Source: Patescibacteria group bacterium (GTDB taxonomy: Bacteria > Patescibacteriota > Patescibacteriia > UBA1558 > GWA2-36-10). From it: a stretch of 64,000 nt of DNA. Below the pieces are notes generated by a model. It did not search any database. It worked only from the letters and a program-made list of their open reading frames with translations, and had not been told where the DNA came from. This document shows, piece after piece, positions 42,701-52,029 of this stretch. Numbering within the stretch: the first letter of the stretch is position 1; each line of letters begins with the position of its first letter. The stretch spans positions 162,097 to 226,096 of the forward strand of contig JAHJQF010000001.1 of the NCBI GenBank assembly GCA_018819405.1, given 5' to 3'. The translations under genes and the position numbers were made by a program.

Positions 42701-43705
42701 CTATTTTCTTAAAATAATTTTGGCAAGTTTATATATGCTATACCAGCTATTGTTATAAATCAAGTTGTAGGCCCCTGGTGAATATACCACCTGACCGCCA
42801 AAACCTTTTTTAAAACGACTAATACCAACCCATTTTGGTTTGGATCCGTCTTCTGGGGCAATACCCCAAAAATCATAAATCTCCGCGCCCAGAGTTTTGG
42901 CTTTTTTTATACTCTCCCACTGCAAAAGATGTGGTGCCATATAATTTCTGAATTCATAATCTGAAGCACCATGCAAATAGGTCATAGCTTGACCAAAATA
43001 AATCAAAATATTGGCCGCTACCGGCTGACCGTTTACTGTGGCTATAGCTAGATGAGCAACTTTATGATCAAGTAAGGTTTTAAAAAGTAAACGATAATAA
43101 TCATCGTCATGAATTTTTATTTCTTTTCTATCGGCTGTTTTTCTATTCAACGCCAAAAAAATTTCTATATCTTTTTCGTCTTGAGAAAAAAATACTGACA
43201 CTCCTTTTTTCTTGGCCAAAGCAATATTGTATCTGGTCTTAGTGTGCATATTGGCTAGTAATTTTTTTTCTTCATCTTTGATATCAAGAATCCAAGTATC
43301 ACGCGGTTGGACATCTGGACACTTTTGTAGTTCTGGCAAAATCAAATTACTATTTTCTGGTTCTAACTTAAAAAATATTTCTTCCTTTTTTTTGGTTTCA
43401 ATAGTAATCTCTCGTGCTTGTGACAAAATAAATCTTAAAACATCCTTTCTTTTTTCTTCGCTTATACCCTGACTAATGACCGGTCCCTTGGGACTATAAA
43501 GATAAGTCCTGTCAAAAGGTAATTTGTTTTCATACAAAAGACAAAGACCTATTAATTTATCCTCTTCTAAGACCGCTGCTTGCCAATATCTTTTGCCCTG
43601 TCTAGATAAAAAATTTCTCCAAACACTAGACTGTAAAAAATTACCAGAGACAAATCTGGTAGTTAAAAAATCATCATAATTTTCTTTATTACAAACTAAC
43701 TTCAT
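42701..43705 (-). CDS. FemAB/MurM-family lipid II aminoacyl transferase
   Basis: FLQS..W, KTRYNI, YDFWG, FKKGFGG. Confidence 0.88.
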   Translation of the reverse strand: MKLVCNKENYDDFLTTRFVSGNFLQSSVWRNFLSRQGKRYWQAAVLEEDKLIGLCLLYENKLPFDRTYLYSPKGPVISQGISEEKRKDVLRFILSQAREITIETKKKEEIFFKLEPENSNLILPELQKCPDVQPRDTWILDIKDEEKKLLANMHTKTRYNIALAKKKGVSVFFSQDEKDIEIFLALNRKTADRKEIKIHDDDYYRLLFKTLLDHKVAHLAIATVNGQPVAANILIYFGQAMTYLHGASDYEFRNYMAPHLLQWESIKKAKTLGAEIYDFWGIAPEDGSKPKWVGISRFKKGFGGQVVYSPGAYNLIYNNSWYSIYKLAKIILRK

Positions 43706-44268
43706 TTGTTTATATATTTAAGAGCTTCTTTGATACGCGTGGCCAGATCATCACTCTTGGGCAAAGTCTTTAATACTTCTTGAGCCTCACTTTGTTTGTA
43801 GCCCAGTGACATCAAAGCTTCGGCTACTTGCTTGTCGCTATCACTGGTCATAGATGGTTGGCTCAAGTCCACAATAAATTTTTCTTTGAGGTCTACCACT
43901 AGTCTCTCAGCAGTCTTCTTACCAATACCAGACACTTTTTGTAGCATAGTAGAATCTCCACTAGTAATAGCCCGCTTGAGATCATCAAGTGAGGCTAGAG
44001 CCAAGACATTTAAAGCACTCTTTGGTCCGACGCCTGACACAGAAATAAGTTTTTTGAAAAAATCCAACTCCTCTAAACTGGAAAAACCATAAAGATCAAA
44101 AGCATCCTCTTTGATATAAGAATGAATAAAAAAATCCACCTCATCCTGCTCACGGCATTTTTCTAGAGTTTTGGTTGGCAAAAAAACATCATAACCTATC
44201 CCACCAACCAAAACAATGGCGGATCTAGTAGCTTTTTTGATTATCTTACCTTTTAAATAGGCTATCAT
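43702..44268 (-). CDS. ruvA: Holliday junction branch migration protein RuvA
   Basis: MIAYLKG, LYGF, SGVGPKSAL, GIGKKTAERL. Confidence 0.95.
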   Translation of the reverse strand: MIAYLKGKIIKKATRSAIVLVGGIGYDVFLPTKTLEKCREQDEVDFFIHSYIKEDAFDLYGFSSLEELDFFKKLISVSGVGPKSALNVLALASLDDLKRAITSGDSTMLQKVSGIGKKTAERLVVDLKEKFIVDLSQPSMTSDSDKQVAEALMSLGYKQSEAQEVLKTLPKSDDLATRIKEALKYINK

Positions 44269-44405
44269 AATAATCTTATTCTACCAGACTTAGCCCTCTT
44301 TTTCAATTGACAAAAAATATCTTATATATTAAATTATTTTTGCAACTTGCTTTACTACTATACTTCTGCCCAGTGAGTCTGTACCCTCACAGAAAGGAAG
44401 GATCC

Positions 44406-45185
44406 ATGATCCACTATGAACTACGCAACCCTCTACTTGGTCGCTGGTTTGTAACCACTCTTATCCTCGCCCTAGTCACCACCCTCATCCCAACACTGCA
44501 TTTCCAACCAACAAGTAGCTATTCGCTGATTCTGCCCCAGATAACCCCCGACTGGCTCATCTGGCCACTCAATCTGGCGCTCTTTGTCGCCACGCTGGTC
44601 TGGCTGATCACCAACCGCTTCAGCGTCTGGATTGCCGGCGCCTACAACCACTGGCTCTACCATCTGCTCTGGCTGGCTATGGCCAAGGTTGTTTGGCTGC
44701 TCTTTGGCCCGGTGCTGTCGCTTAATACCCTGATGATCACTAGTTTTGTGGTCGTATTCACTCTCATCACCTACCTAGCTATCAGGAAAATCGGCCAAGA
44801 CATCTACTGGCACTTGCCAACTGTCTTTGTCGTCTACCTGATGGCTCTGCGCCTGATGCATGATGTCAGTCTACTTGGCTGGGGCAAGCCGCTCACTCTG
44901 CTAAGCAAGCAGACCATCCTGCTTTGGACTTGCTTGAAGGTAGTCAGCCTCCCCATCCTCGGTCTCCTGGCCTTGGTCTACATTGCCAGCGGCCTTTACT
45001 TGTTCGGGCAAAAAATCAAAAACAGCTGGGACAACAATCTGGATGAAAGCGAGGAAATAATCGGCCTTTTCATGTTGCTGATTGGCATCATGATTTTCCT
45101 AATCATCTTTGAACTCCCTTACCAAATCAAAGAACACCTCATCAAGCCTACTTGGCATTGGCTCTTTCCCGACTACTCCTACTAG
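44406..45185 (+). CDS. hypothetical polytopic membrane protein, GC-rich cassette
   Basis: SD AAAGGAAGG before ATG 44406; the ORF track's TTG start at 44307 coincides with a TTGACA -35 box; about 7 hydrophobic segments. Confidence 0.7.
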   Translation: MIHYELRNPLLGRWFVTTLILALVTTLIPTLHFQPTSSYSLILPQITPDWLIWPLNLALFVATLVWLITNRFSVWIAGAYNHWLYHLLWLAMAKVVWLLFGPVLSLNTLMITSFVVVFTLITYLAIRKIGQDIYWHLPTVFVVYLMALRLMHDVSLLGWGKPLTLLSKQTILLWTCLKVVSLPILGLLALVYIASGLYLFGQKIKNSWDNNLDESEEIIGLFMLLIGIMIFLIIFELPYQIKEHLIKPTWHWLFPDYSY

Positions 45186-45197
45186 GAGACTGGTCTG

Positions 45198-45245
45198 CCC
45201 CCGCCCGATTCTGTAAAACAGAATCGGGCGGGGGAATTTTTTATT
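45198..45245 (+). terminator. long terminator hairpin (shared family)
   Basis: CCCCCGCCCGATTCTG-TAAAA-CAGAATCGGGCGGGGG-AATTTTTT. Confidence 0.85.
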
Positions 45246-45270
45246 TTAAAAATCAAAATTTGCCTAAACC

Positions 45271-45361
45271 AAAAAACGCCCCATCGCGCAAGGGAGTTTT
45301 TCGGCTGTCCTATGTGACAGATACCTAGCAAAGACCCTCTCGACTAGGGCATCTGAAGGTA
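45271..45361 (-). ncRNA. candidate small RNA
   Basis: extended -10 TGCTATAAT (TATAAT at 45372-45367), CAGATGCC/GGTATCTG stem, terminator hairpin and T6. Confidence 0.4.
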
Positions 45362-45511
45362 TTGATATTATAGCAAATTTAAAAAAGCTTGAAAAGACCC
45401 CTGTGAATAAAATAGCTATTTATCCGCAAAAAATGGCTAAAACTAGAAAAATTTTAAAAGTTTTATATATACTCAATTGACAGCCGAAAAAGAATAATAT
45501 AAAATCTTTGT

Positions 45512-45803
45512 GGGGCTGCGTGGCAAACGCCACACGCTACGCGATCAGCATCCATGCTGGGCAAGTCGGTTTAGGTGCACCATCAACGCGTCCTAAGAGT
45601 GCTTCTTCCAGCTGATAATGGAAGCCGTTGATAACCGACACTGCGTAGCGCAGCCCCACCAACTCGGGCAAAAGGCAAGGGAGATAAACCTCCTAACGTT
45701 TCAAACCGCGTCAGCGGTGGGAGGCGACCTCGCCAATTTGCCCGCGGAGGGGAGAGTGTGCCGGACACTAATAGTCCGACAAACCTCCCCTCCCTCTTTT
45801 TTT
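45512..45803 (+). ncRNA. candidate highly structured RNA with a tRNA-like acceptor stem
   Basis: promoter TTGACA(45477)-17-TAAAAT; GGGGCTG/CAGCCCC-ACCA; extensive nested pairing; terminator at 45746-45803. Confidence 0.65.
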
Positions 45804-45860
45804 ATAAAAATTTTAAACCATTTACCATAATGATGCAGGGTTATTTTTTTTATTTAATAC

Positions 45861-45901
45861 AAAAAAGCCCCCTTGTCTGGTTATGAACCAGACAAGGGGG
45901 C
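45861..45901 (-). terminator. terminator hairpin (related family)
   Basis: GCCCCCTTGTCTGGTT..AACCAGACAAGGGGGC followed by T6 on the minus strand. Confidence 0.8.
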
Positions 45902-45925
45902 GCGAAGTTCTCAAGCCGAAATCGG

Positions 45926-46204
45926 CTACTCGTCAAAGGTCTCTTCGGATTCGTAATTCCGCGCCTGCAGACTACGAACCCTTTTGTAGATAGCCCGACC
46001 GGGCCAGCTCAGTAGACTCACCAACCCAAGACCAATGGGTATGAGCAGGATGTAGGTGACGTAGAAAAACGCCACAACATAAGCAGCCCACTGAGCAGCT
46101 GCCTGAAAACTCGGCAAAAGACCGAGCCCCCACAGACCTACACAGGCCAACAGACAGACACCGTAAAAAAGCACCAAACTAACGACAAAGAGCACAAAGC
46201 GCAT
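45926..46204 (-). CDS. small hypothetical membrane protein, GC-rich cassette
   Basis: SD AGGAGG; promoter TTGACA(46282-46277)-17-TATCTT; two TMs. Confidence 0.65.
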   Translation of the reverse strand: MRFVLFVVSLVLFYGVCLLACVGLWGLGLLPSFQAAAQWAAYVVAFFYVTYILLIPIGLGLVSLLSWPGRAIYKRVRSLQARNYESEETFDE

Positions 46205-46317
46205 TACCACCTACCTCCTAAAAAGAGTGAATTGTTCGTACGTTTAACGCTGTAAGATAACATTATTAAAATATTTTGTCAATTCAAAAAACCCCGCTTC
46301 GGCGGGGCTTTTATCTT

Positions 46318-46686
46318 TTATAAATAACTAAAGTCTTTTCTTCTATCAATCAACTCATAAGCCTTCTTCATTTCTTCGGGTGTGTTTATATAAATAATTT
46401 TGTATTTTCCAGAGGTGGTATTTTTTTCATGATCATGGAAAATTTCCAAAATATGTATCAATCCCCAATACAACCATTTACCGTTTATATTCTGCACTAA
46501 AAAATTTCTAACAGGGGGTCTATGATATATTCTAATATCCTCTTTATCTTTAAAATCAAATATTTTTCCTTCAAAATCCTCGGCCTTGATCTTATTTTTC
46601 AGGTGTTCTTGATAATTCAGTTCCTTTGGAAAACCCTGTTCTGAAGTTATTTGTAAGGTATCATTTATTTTTATAAAACCACCCAT
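46318..46686 (-). CDS. hypothetical protein
   Basis: clean ORF coupled to dnaN, followed by terminator 46286-46311. Confidence 0.7.
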   Translation of the reverse strand: MGGFIKINDTLQITSEQGFPKELNYQEHLKNKIKAEDFEGKIFDFKDKEDIRIYHRPPVRNFLVQNINGKWLYWGLIHILEIFHDHEKNTTSGKYKIIYINTPEEMKKAYELIDRRKDFSYL

Positions 46687-46690
46687 AAAT

Positions 46691-47791
46691 TTATTGCCTA
46701 ATAGGCATTACCAAATAAATATATTTGTCATTACCAACTGGCTGAAGTAGCCCTGGTGATGAATTATTGTTTATCTTCATATTTACTTCACTGGTACCCA
46801 GCTGATTAAGGCCATCTAGTAAATAGCGGTAGTTAAAGACAATATCATTTTCTTCTCCTTTTATTTCTGCTGAGACATTGGCAATTGAAGTACCAGTATT
46901 TGATGAAGCAGTAGCGATAATTATTTTTTGAGACTTGGCATCAAAACTAAGTCTTATATCATTAATACCTTGTTTGCAAAACAGAGCCACTGATTTTATA
47001 GCTGGGACAAGCTTACTAATATTGCACTTGGCTTCAGTTTTGAATTCAGCTGGAATAATTTGACTATAATCTGGGTATTTACCATCTATTACACGCGATA
47101 TGAGCTCTACTCCATCAAGCTCAAACATTATCTGATTTTCATTAAAAAATATTTTGAGTTTTTTGTCCTGCTGGTCATTTAGAATCCTAGCTAATTCTTG
47201 TAAAGTTTTGAGAGGAATTATTAGGTTTTTGTTTTCCCCGTTTTCTACTGGGATTTTCTTTTCAGCCAAACGGTAGCTATCAGTAGCTGCTAGAGTAAGT
47301 TCATTTTTTTGAAAGTTGAAGTTTACAGCATTTATTTCAATCCTTGAGACATCTAGTGACGCGGCTAGTAGCACTTGAGAAAGACTTTTTTTCAAGTCAG
47401 CGATTGAGATTTCTACCATGTTATGTTTTTCTATTTCTGGTATCAGAGGAAAGTCTTCAGCAAGCATGCCTTTGATAGAGGTTTCTTGGTTGGCACTTTT
47501 TATTTCTAGGTTATCTCCGTCCAAGTTGATTTCAATATTTTCTCTGGGAAGAAAAGAAACAAAGTTGTGAATCAATTTAGCATCTACTGTAAACTCGCCT
47601 GACTTTTCTATTTTTCCTCTAATTGATGCTTTGATACCAATTTCCAAATCAGTAGTGATCAAAGTGAGATCGTTTTTTTCTGCTTTCAATAATACATTAT
47701 TCAAAATTGGCAAGTTGGAACTTTTGTTGGCAATGTTTGATACCAAAGATAATCCTTTATTCAAATTTTCCTGAGTGCAAACAATTTTCAT
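46691..47791 (-). CDS. dnaN: DNA polymerase III beta clamp
   Basis: TDLEI, ATDSYRL, GKYPDY, LVMPIR. Confidence 0.96.
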   Translation of the reverse strand: MKIVCTQENLNKGLSLVSNIANKSSNLPILNNVLLKAEKNDLTLITTDLEIGIKASIRGKIEKSGEFTVDAKLIHNFVSFLPRENIEINLDGDNLEIKSANQETSIKGMLAEDFPLIPEIEKHNMVEISIADLKKSLSQVLLAASLDVSRIEINAVNFNFQKNELTLAATDSYRLAEKKIPVENGENKNLIIPLKTLQELARILNDQQDKKLKIFFNENQIMFELDGVELISRVIDGKYPDYSQIIPAEFKTEAKCNISKLVPAIKSVALFCKQGINDIRLSFDAKSQKIIIATASSNTGTSIANVSAEIKGEENDIVFNYRYLLDGLNQLGTSEVNMKINNNSSPGLLQPVGNDKYIYLVMPIRQ

Positions 47792-48088
47792 ATTATTATT
47801 GTTTAATTATTTATATATAAAATTTAGTAGTAGTTATAGGCACGGTGGATATGTTTATAAGTGGAGAAAAATTTTGGTAAAGCCTAGGAAAATTTGTTTT
47901 TATTTTGGATTTTAGCTGGTGGACAATCAGTTCACAAAAATGTTGATAAGAGGTTTTTTTGTGAATAAGTTTTGAGACTTTATTTTGATCGGTGGATAAG
48001 CTGGTGTTTATACACAGTTAGTTATAAAACTTTACACAAGGTTATAAAAAACTTATAAACAATTTATTCACGCAATTTTTGTGAATCT
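47792..48088. promoter_or_regulatory. oriC region (cluster of degenerate DnaA boxes plus AT-rich tract)
   Basis: TGTGAATAA, GTGGATAA, TTATACACA, TTATTCAC, TGTTGATAA between dnaA and dnaN; predominant gene orientation flips nearby. Confidence 0.75.
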
Positions 48089-49471
48089 TTAATTGCGTTC
48101 ATAGATTTTTGTCTTTAAAACTAAGATGTCATTTTTAATTCTATCATCAGATTCAATTAAGGTGGTTACTTTGACACAGGCGTGCATGGCAGTGGTGTGA
48201 TCTCGTCCGCCTATTTCTTGCCCGATGTTTGGGTAAGAGGCTTTAAGCTCTTCTCTCATCAAAAACATAGCAATTTGTCGGGGCACTACCAATTCTTTTT
48301 TGCGGCTGGCGCCCAAGAGATTTTCCATGCTAATGTCGTAAAATTCTGAAATGACTGTCAAAAGTCTTTTGGGGGTCAGTCCCGCCTTTCTAGGATTGGC
48401 AGCAATACCTCCCAAAATGGATTTTACGCTCTCTAAACTAGGAGTGGTGTTGTTGAGTTGATGAAAAGCAATAATTCTATTTAGAGCGCCTTCTAACTCG
48501 CGGATATTTTCTTGAATAGTTTCAGCAATATATTGAACTATCTTTGGGTCAAGATTATATTTTTTTTCTTGGGCCTTAATTTCTAAAATAGCCACTCTAG
48601 TTTCTAGATCAGGAGAAGAAATATCGGCAATCATCCCCCACTCAAAACGGGAAATCAACCTGTTCTCTACTTCTTGGATAGCTTTTGGTGGTCTATCAGA
48701 AGATATAACTATTTGTTTATTGTTTTGGTGAAGGGCATTGAAAGTATGGAAAAATTCCTCTTGAGTTTGTTCTTTTCCGGCTATAAACTGGATATCATCA
48801 ATCAAAAGCACGTCAATATTTCTATACATTTGCTTAAATTTGTCAGTTTGTCCCGATTTTATAGCAAAAATAAAGTCATTGGTAAATTTTTCGCTATTAA
48901 TATAAAGGACCCTTTTACTAGGATCTTTGGCTAATATATAATTACCAACAGCTTGGACTAGGTGAGTTTTTCCCAAACCTACACCACCATATATAAATAA
49001 AGGATTGTAGATTTCACCAGGTTTTTGAGCAGCCGCATGAGCAGCCGCTTGGGCCAACTCATTGCCTGGTCCAACAACAAAGGTTTCAAACTTATAGTGA
49101 GGATTTAGGCCAAATTTACTGACACTTTGGCCATTAGAAGGATTGCTGGAGTTATGCACATAGGAGGTTTTTTCTTTATTAATATTTTCAACATTTTCGC
49201 TAATGTCAGCCATCTTTTCCTTTGTTATGACCCTGTAGATAACCTGTAGATTATTTTTTGATAACACATTTTCCAGAGCTGATATAATTTTGTCGTGGTA
49301 CTTCTTTTCCAACCATACTTTGGTAAAGGCATTGGGCACTCCAACCACCACTTGGTCTGATTCAACACTGGCAATAAAGGTATTTTTAAACCAAGTAGTA
49401 AAGTTTGCTTTACTGATTAAAAGTTCTAATTCACCCAGGGTATTTTCCCAGATTTTATCGTAATTTTCCAT
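48089..49471 (-). CDS. dnaA: chromosomal replication initiator
   Basis: YNPLFIYGGVGLGKTHL, DDIQF, GGRDHTT. Confidence 0.98.
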   Translation of the reverse strand: MENYDKIWENTLGELELLISKANFTTWFKNTFIASVESDQVVVGVPNAFTKVWLEKKYHDKIISALENVLSKNNLQVIYRVITKEKMADISENVENINKEKTSYVHNSSNPSNGQSVSKFGLNPHYKFETFVVGPGNELAQAAAHAAAQKPGEIYNPLFIYGGVGLGKTHLVQAVGNYILAKDPSKRVLYINSEKFTNDFIFAIKSGQTDKFKQMYRNIDVLLIDDIQFIAGKEQTQEEFFHTFNALHQNNKQIVISSDRPPKAIQEVENRLISRFEWGMIADISSPDLETRVAILEIKAQEKKYNLDPKIVQYIAETIQENIRELEGALNRIIAFHQLNNTTPSLESVKSILGGIAANPRKAGLTPKRLLTVISEFYDISMENLLGASRKKELVVPRQIAMFLMREELKASYPNIGQEIGGRDHTTAMHACVKVTTLIESDDRIKNDILVLKTKIYERN

Positions 49472-49572
49472 ATTTTTAGCTTTGTTTTAGCCCGAAAACT
49501 TAGTCTATATTACTATAGCACAAATAAAACTTTACCAAAATACAGACTTTAGTTGAAAAAATGTGAACAGCT

Positions 49573-49591
49573 TGTGGATAATTGTGGATAA
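49573..49591. promoter_or_regulatory. two perfect tandem DnaA boxes upstream of dnaA
   Basis: TGTGGATAA-T-TGTGGATAA. Confidence 0.85.
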
Positions 49592-49679
49592 CTTTCAAGA
49601 CTCTGTTAGTCTTGATAAATAGGGTGGAATATGTTATTGTTCAGACGTTATAATTATTAAAGATAGCTAGGTATTTTAT

Positions 49680-49817
49680 ATGACCAAAAGAACCTATCAG
49701 CCAAAAACCAGAAAAAGAGCCAAGACTCATGGTTTTCGTGCCCGCATGTCTAGCAAAAGCGGTCGCCAAGTATTGTCTAGCCGCAGAAAAAAAGGCAGAA
49801 AAAGCCTGGCTGTTTAA
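49680..49817 (+). CDS. rpmH: 50S ribosomal protein L34 (too short for the ORF track)
   Basis: [45 protein letters not shown]. Confidence 0.97.
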   Translation: MTKRTYQPKTRKRAKTHGFRARMSSKSGRQVLSSRRKKGRKSLAV

Positions 49818-49841
49818 TTTACCTAATATTAGGCAAAAACT

Positions 49842-50222
49842 ATGTTGCCTAAAATTTTTAGACTTCATCAAGATAAGGAAATAAAAGACTTGGTTAAGAA
49901 TGGCCAAAGCTTTTTTTTGCCGCAACTAGTGATTAAGTATAAAAAAAATCAAGAGGGGCCTAGTCGTTTTGCTTTTGTGGTTTCTACTAAGGTTGATAAG
50001 CGGGCAGTAATCAGAAATAGATTGCAAAGACAAATGCGTGAAATTGTCCGGATAGCGCTACCAAAGCTTAAGACAGGGTATGTTGTGCTAATAATAGCCA
50101 AAAAATCTGCCTTGGAGTTGGATTTTAGCACTTTGGGTCGGCAACTAGACTTTGCTTTTAAAAAAATAAGCCTTTATAATCAAGGTCAAAATGATAAAAA
50201 AACTAGTTTTAAAACTAATTAG
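49842..50222 (+). CDS. rnpA: ribonuclease P protein component
   Basis: RFAFVVSTKVDKRAVIRNRLQRQMRE; synteny with rpmH. Confidence 0.93.
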   Translation: MLPKIFRLHQDKEIKDLVKNGQSFFLPQLVIKYKKNQEGPSRFAFVVSTKVDKRAVIRNRLQRQMREIVRIALPKLKTGYVVLIIAKKSALELDFSTLGRQLDFAFKKISLYNQGQNDKKTSFKTN

Positions 50223-50427
50223 GCTTTATCAAAAGACTTTATCTCCGGACACGGGCTGGTTTAAGGTGTTTTATCCTCATGGTTATTGCCGATTTTACCC
50301 GCATTGTAGCGAATATGGCTATCAGGCTATAGATAAATATGGACTTTTAAAAGGTGGATCAAAAGCTGTTTGGCGGGTTATAAGATGCAATCCCTTATCA
50401 AGCGGTGGCCATGATCCAGTAAAATAA
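50191..50427 (+). CDS. yidD: membrane protein insertion efficiency factor
   Basis: CRFYPHCSEY, RCNP..GGHDP. Confidence 0.93.
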   Translation: MIKKLVLKLIRLYQKTLSPDTGWFKVFYPHGYCRFYPHCSEYGYQAIDKYGLLKGGSKAVWRVIRCNPLSSGGHDPVK

Positions 50428-50441
50428 TTAAAATAACTTTC

Positions 50442-51185
50442 ATGTGGATTTTTAACAAATTTTTCTACGAACCAATTTTCAATCTTTTGGTTTATATATA
50501 CAATAGTATTCCTGGCCATGATTTGGGTCTGGCAATTATTATTTTGACTTTGATCATCAGACTGCTTCTTTATATCCCTTCCAAAAAATCTATCAAAGCT
50601 CAAAAAGAATTGGCCACCTTACAACCGGAGATAGAAGAGCTCAAAGAAAAATATAAAGCGGACAAAGAAAAGATGGGTCCGGAGCTGATGGCACTTTACA
50701 AAAAAAGAGGAGTCAATCCCCTTTCGTCTTGTCTGCCAATGGTCATTCAGTTGCCATTTCTTTTTGCCATCTATAGAGTTTTCTTCAATGGCCTGACTGA
50801 TGAGCACGCCACAGATGTCTTGTATTCTTTTGTTACTAACCCCGGTGTACTCAATCCTTTAGCTTTTGGATTTTTTAATCTAGCAGAAAAAAGTATTTTG
50901 CTGGCAGTGTTGGCTGGTTTGGCTCAGTTTTGGCAATCTAAAATGATGATGGCCAAAAAAAGACCAGGCAGCAGCTCGGTCATGGCTGGTATGAGCGGAC
51001 AGATGTTGTATATATTTCCTGTGATTACAATTTTTATTGGTTCTAGTTTTCCAGCTGGTTTGACATTTTATTGGTTACTGACAACTATATTTTCTATTGT
51101 TCAACAATACATTGTTTTGGGCACTCGTAAAGCTAAAACTAGTGATGAAAAAACAGTCGAAAATACTAGTGAAAAAAAAGAATAA
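50442..51185 (+). CDS. yidC: membrane protein insertase YidC/Oxa1
   Basis: GVNPLSSCLPMVIQLP, PAGLTFYW. Confidence 0.92.
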   Translation: MWIFNKFFYEPIFNLLVYIYNSIPGHDLGLAIIILTLIIRLLLYIPSKKSIKAQKELATLQPEIEELKEKYKADKEKMGPELMALYKKRGVNPLSSCLPMVIQLPFLFAIYRVFFNGLTDEHATDVLYSFVTNPGVLNPLAFGFFNLAEKSILLAVLAGLAQFWQSKMMMAKKRPGSSSVMAGMSGQMLYIFPVITIFIGSSFPAGLTFYWLLTTIFSIVQQYIVLGTRKAKTSDEKTVENTSEKKE

Positions 51186-51263
51186 AATATTTGTTCAATA
51201 TTTTATAAATATATAAAAAACCCTTTATTTAAAGGGTTTTTTCTTATAGTAATATGATAGTTT

Positions 51264-52007
51264 TTAGGCAAAGGTTCGGTCGCTACCGACTATGATTTTT
51301 AATTTTTCCGGGATTACTTTTATCTCAGCTGGAGTTTTCATAATCACCTGATCATCAGTTACAATAGCAACTTGGTCTTCGGCTAGAGAGCCGATTTTTA
51401 TTTTGGTAAATTGTAGCACTGTCTCCTCTATTTTCTTTTTACCAAACACTCCAGAGCGTATGGGAGTAATCACTGCTTCTAGTATTCCATCAATCGGAGA
51501 AGAATAAGAATTTTTTTCATCGGAAAAATTGTATAAAGTTATTTTGCTTTTTTCAGTGACGGGAGAGACTTTATAGTCATTGTACTCTATTGTGACATCA
51601 CCGCTTTCAATTTGAGCAGTATTTACAAAATAATAATTATTTATTTTTCCTAGGTCTATTTTTTTTATAATGCGTGAAGCCAAAACGTCACAAGCCAAGA
51701 TTTTGGGAGGTATACCCAGCGTCTTGGCAATAGGGTTGTCGTTATCAATTGGTATCAGTCCGAGTGTAACATCCAAATCAGCCACCACATTGATGACCTT
51801 GGCAAAAGTTTGAGCGTTTCCAATCGCTACGACAGTTTGTACTCCCTCTTTGACACCATCAGTAATCATCTCTTTCATATTTTTGAGAACTGACAACCTA
51901 GCAATCTTTCCTTTGATGCCTAGGTCAGTCAATCTCTTTTCAATTTTTACCAAAAGGTCGCTATATTTTTTGTCGCTCAGAAAGGAGTCATAAATATAAA
52001 GATACAT
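51264..52007 (-). CDS. diacylglycerol kinase / NAD kinase-like family protein (degenerate GGDG)
   Basis: TVVAIGNAQT, LGLIPI..NPIAKTLGI, KIDLGKIN..YF. Confidence 0.65.
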   Translation of the reverse strand: MYLYIYDSFLSDKKYSDLLVKIEKRLTDLGIKGKIARLSVLKNMKEMITDGVKEGVQTVVAIGNAQTFAKVINVVADLDVTLGLIPIDNDNPIAKTLGIPPKILACDVLASRIIKKIDLGKINNYYFVNTAQIESGDVTIEYNDYKVSPVTEKSKITLYNFSDEKNSYSSPIDGILEAVITPIRSGVFGKKKIEETVLQFTKIKIGSLAEDQVAIVTDDQVIMKTPAEIKVIPEKLKIIVGSDRTFA

Positions 52008-52029
52008 AAAGCTTGGCTCCTAGAAATTT

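Noticed and set aside
45512-45661. tmRNA or tRNA-Ala (GGGGCTG...ACCA)
   Set aside because: No TTCRA T-arm before the 3' acceptor strand, G3-C70 instead of G3-U70, no tag frame seen, and too short for tmRNA
45583-45830. Short ORFs over the structured region
   Set aside because: No SD or motifs; the extensive base pairing explains the GC content better
46504-46517. Additional CTAACGGG-like half-site (ATTTCTAACAGGGG)
   Set aside because: Inside a coding region, mismatched and without a partner; likely chance
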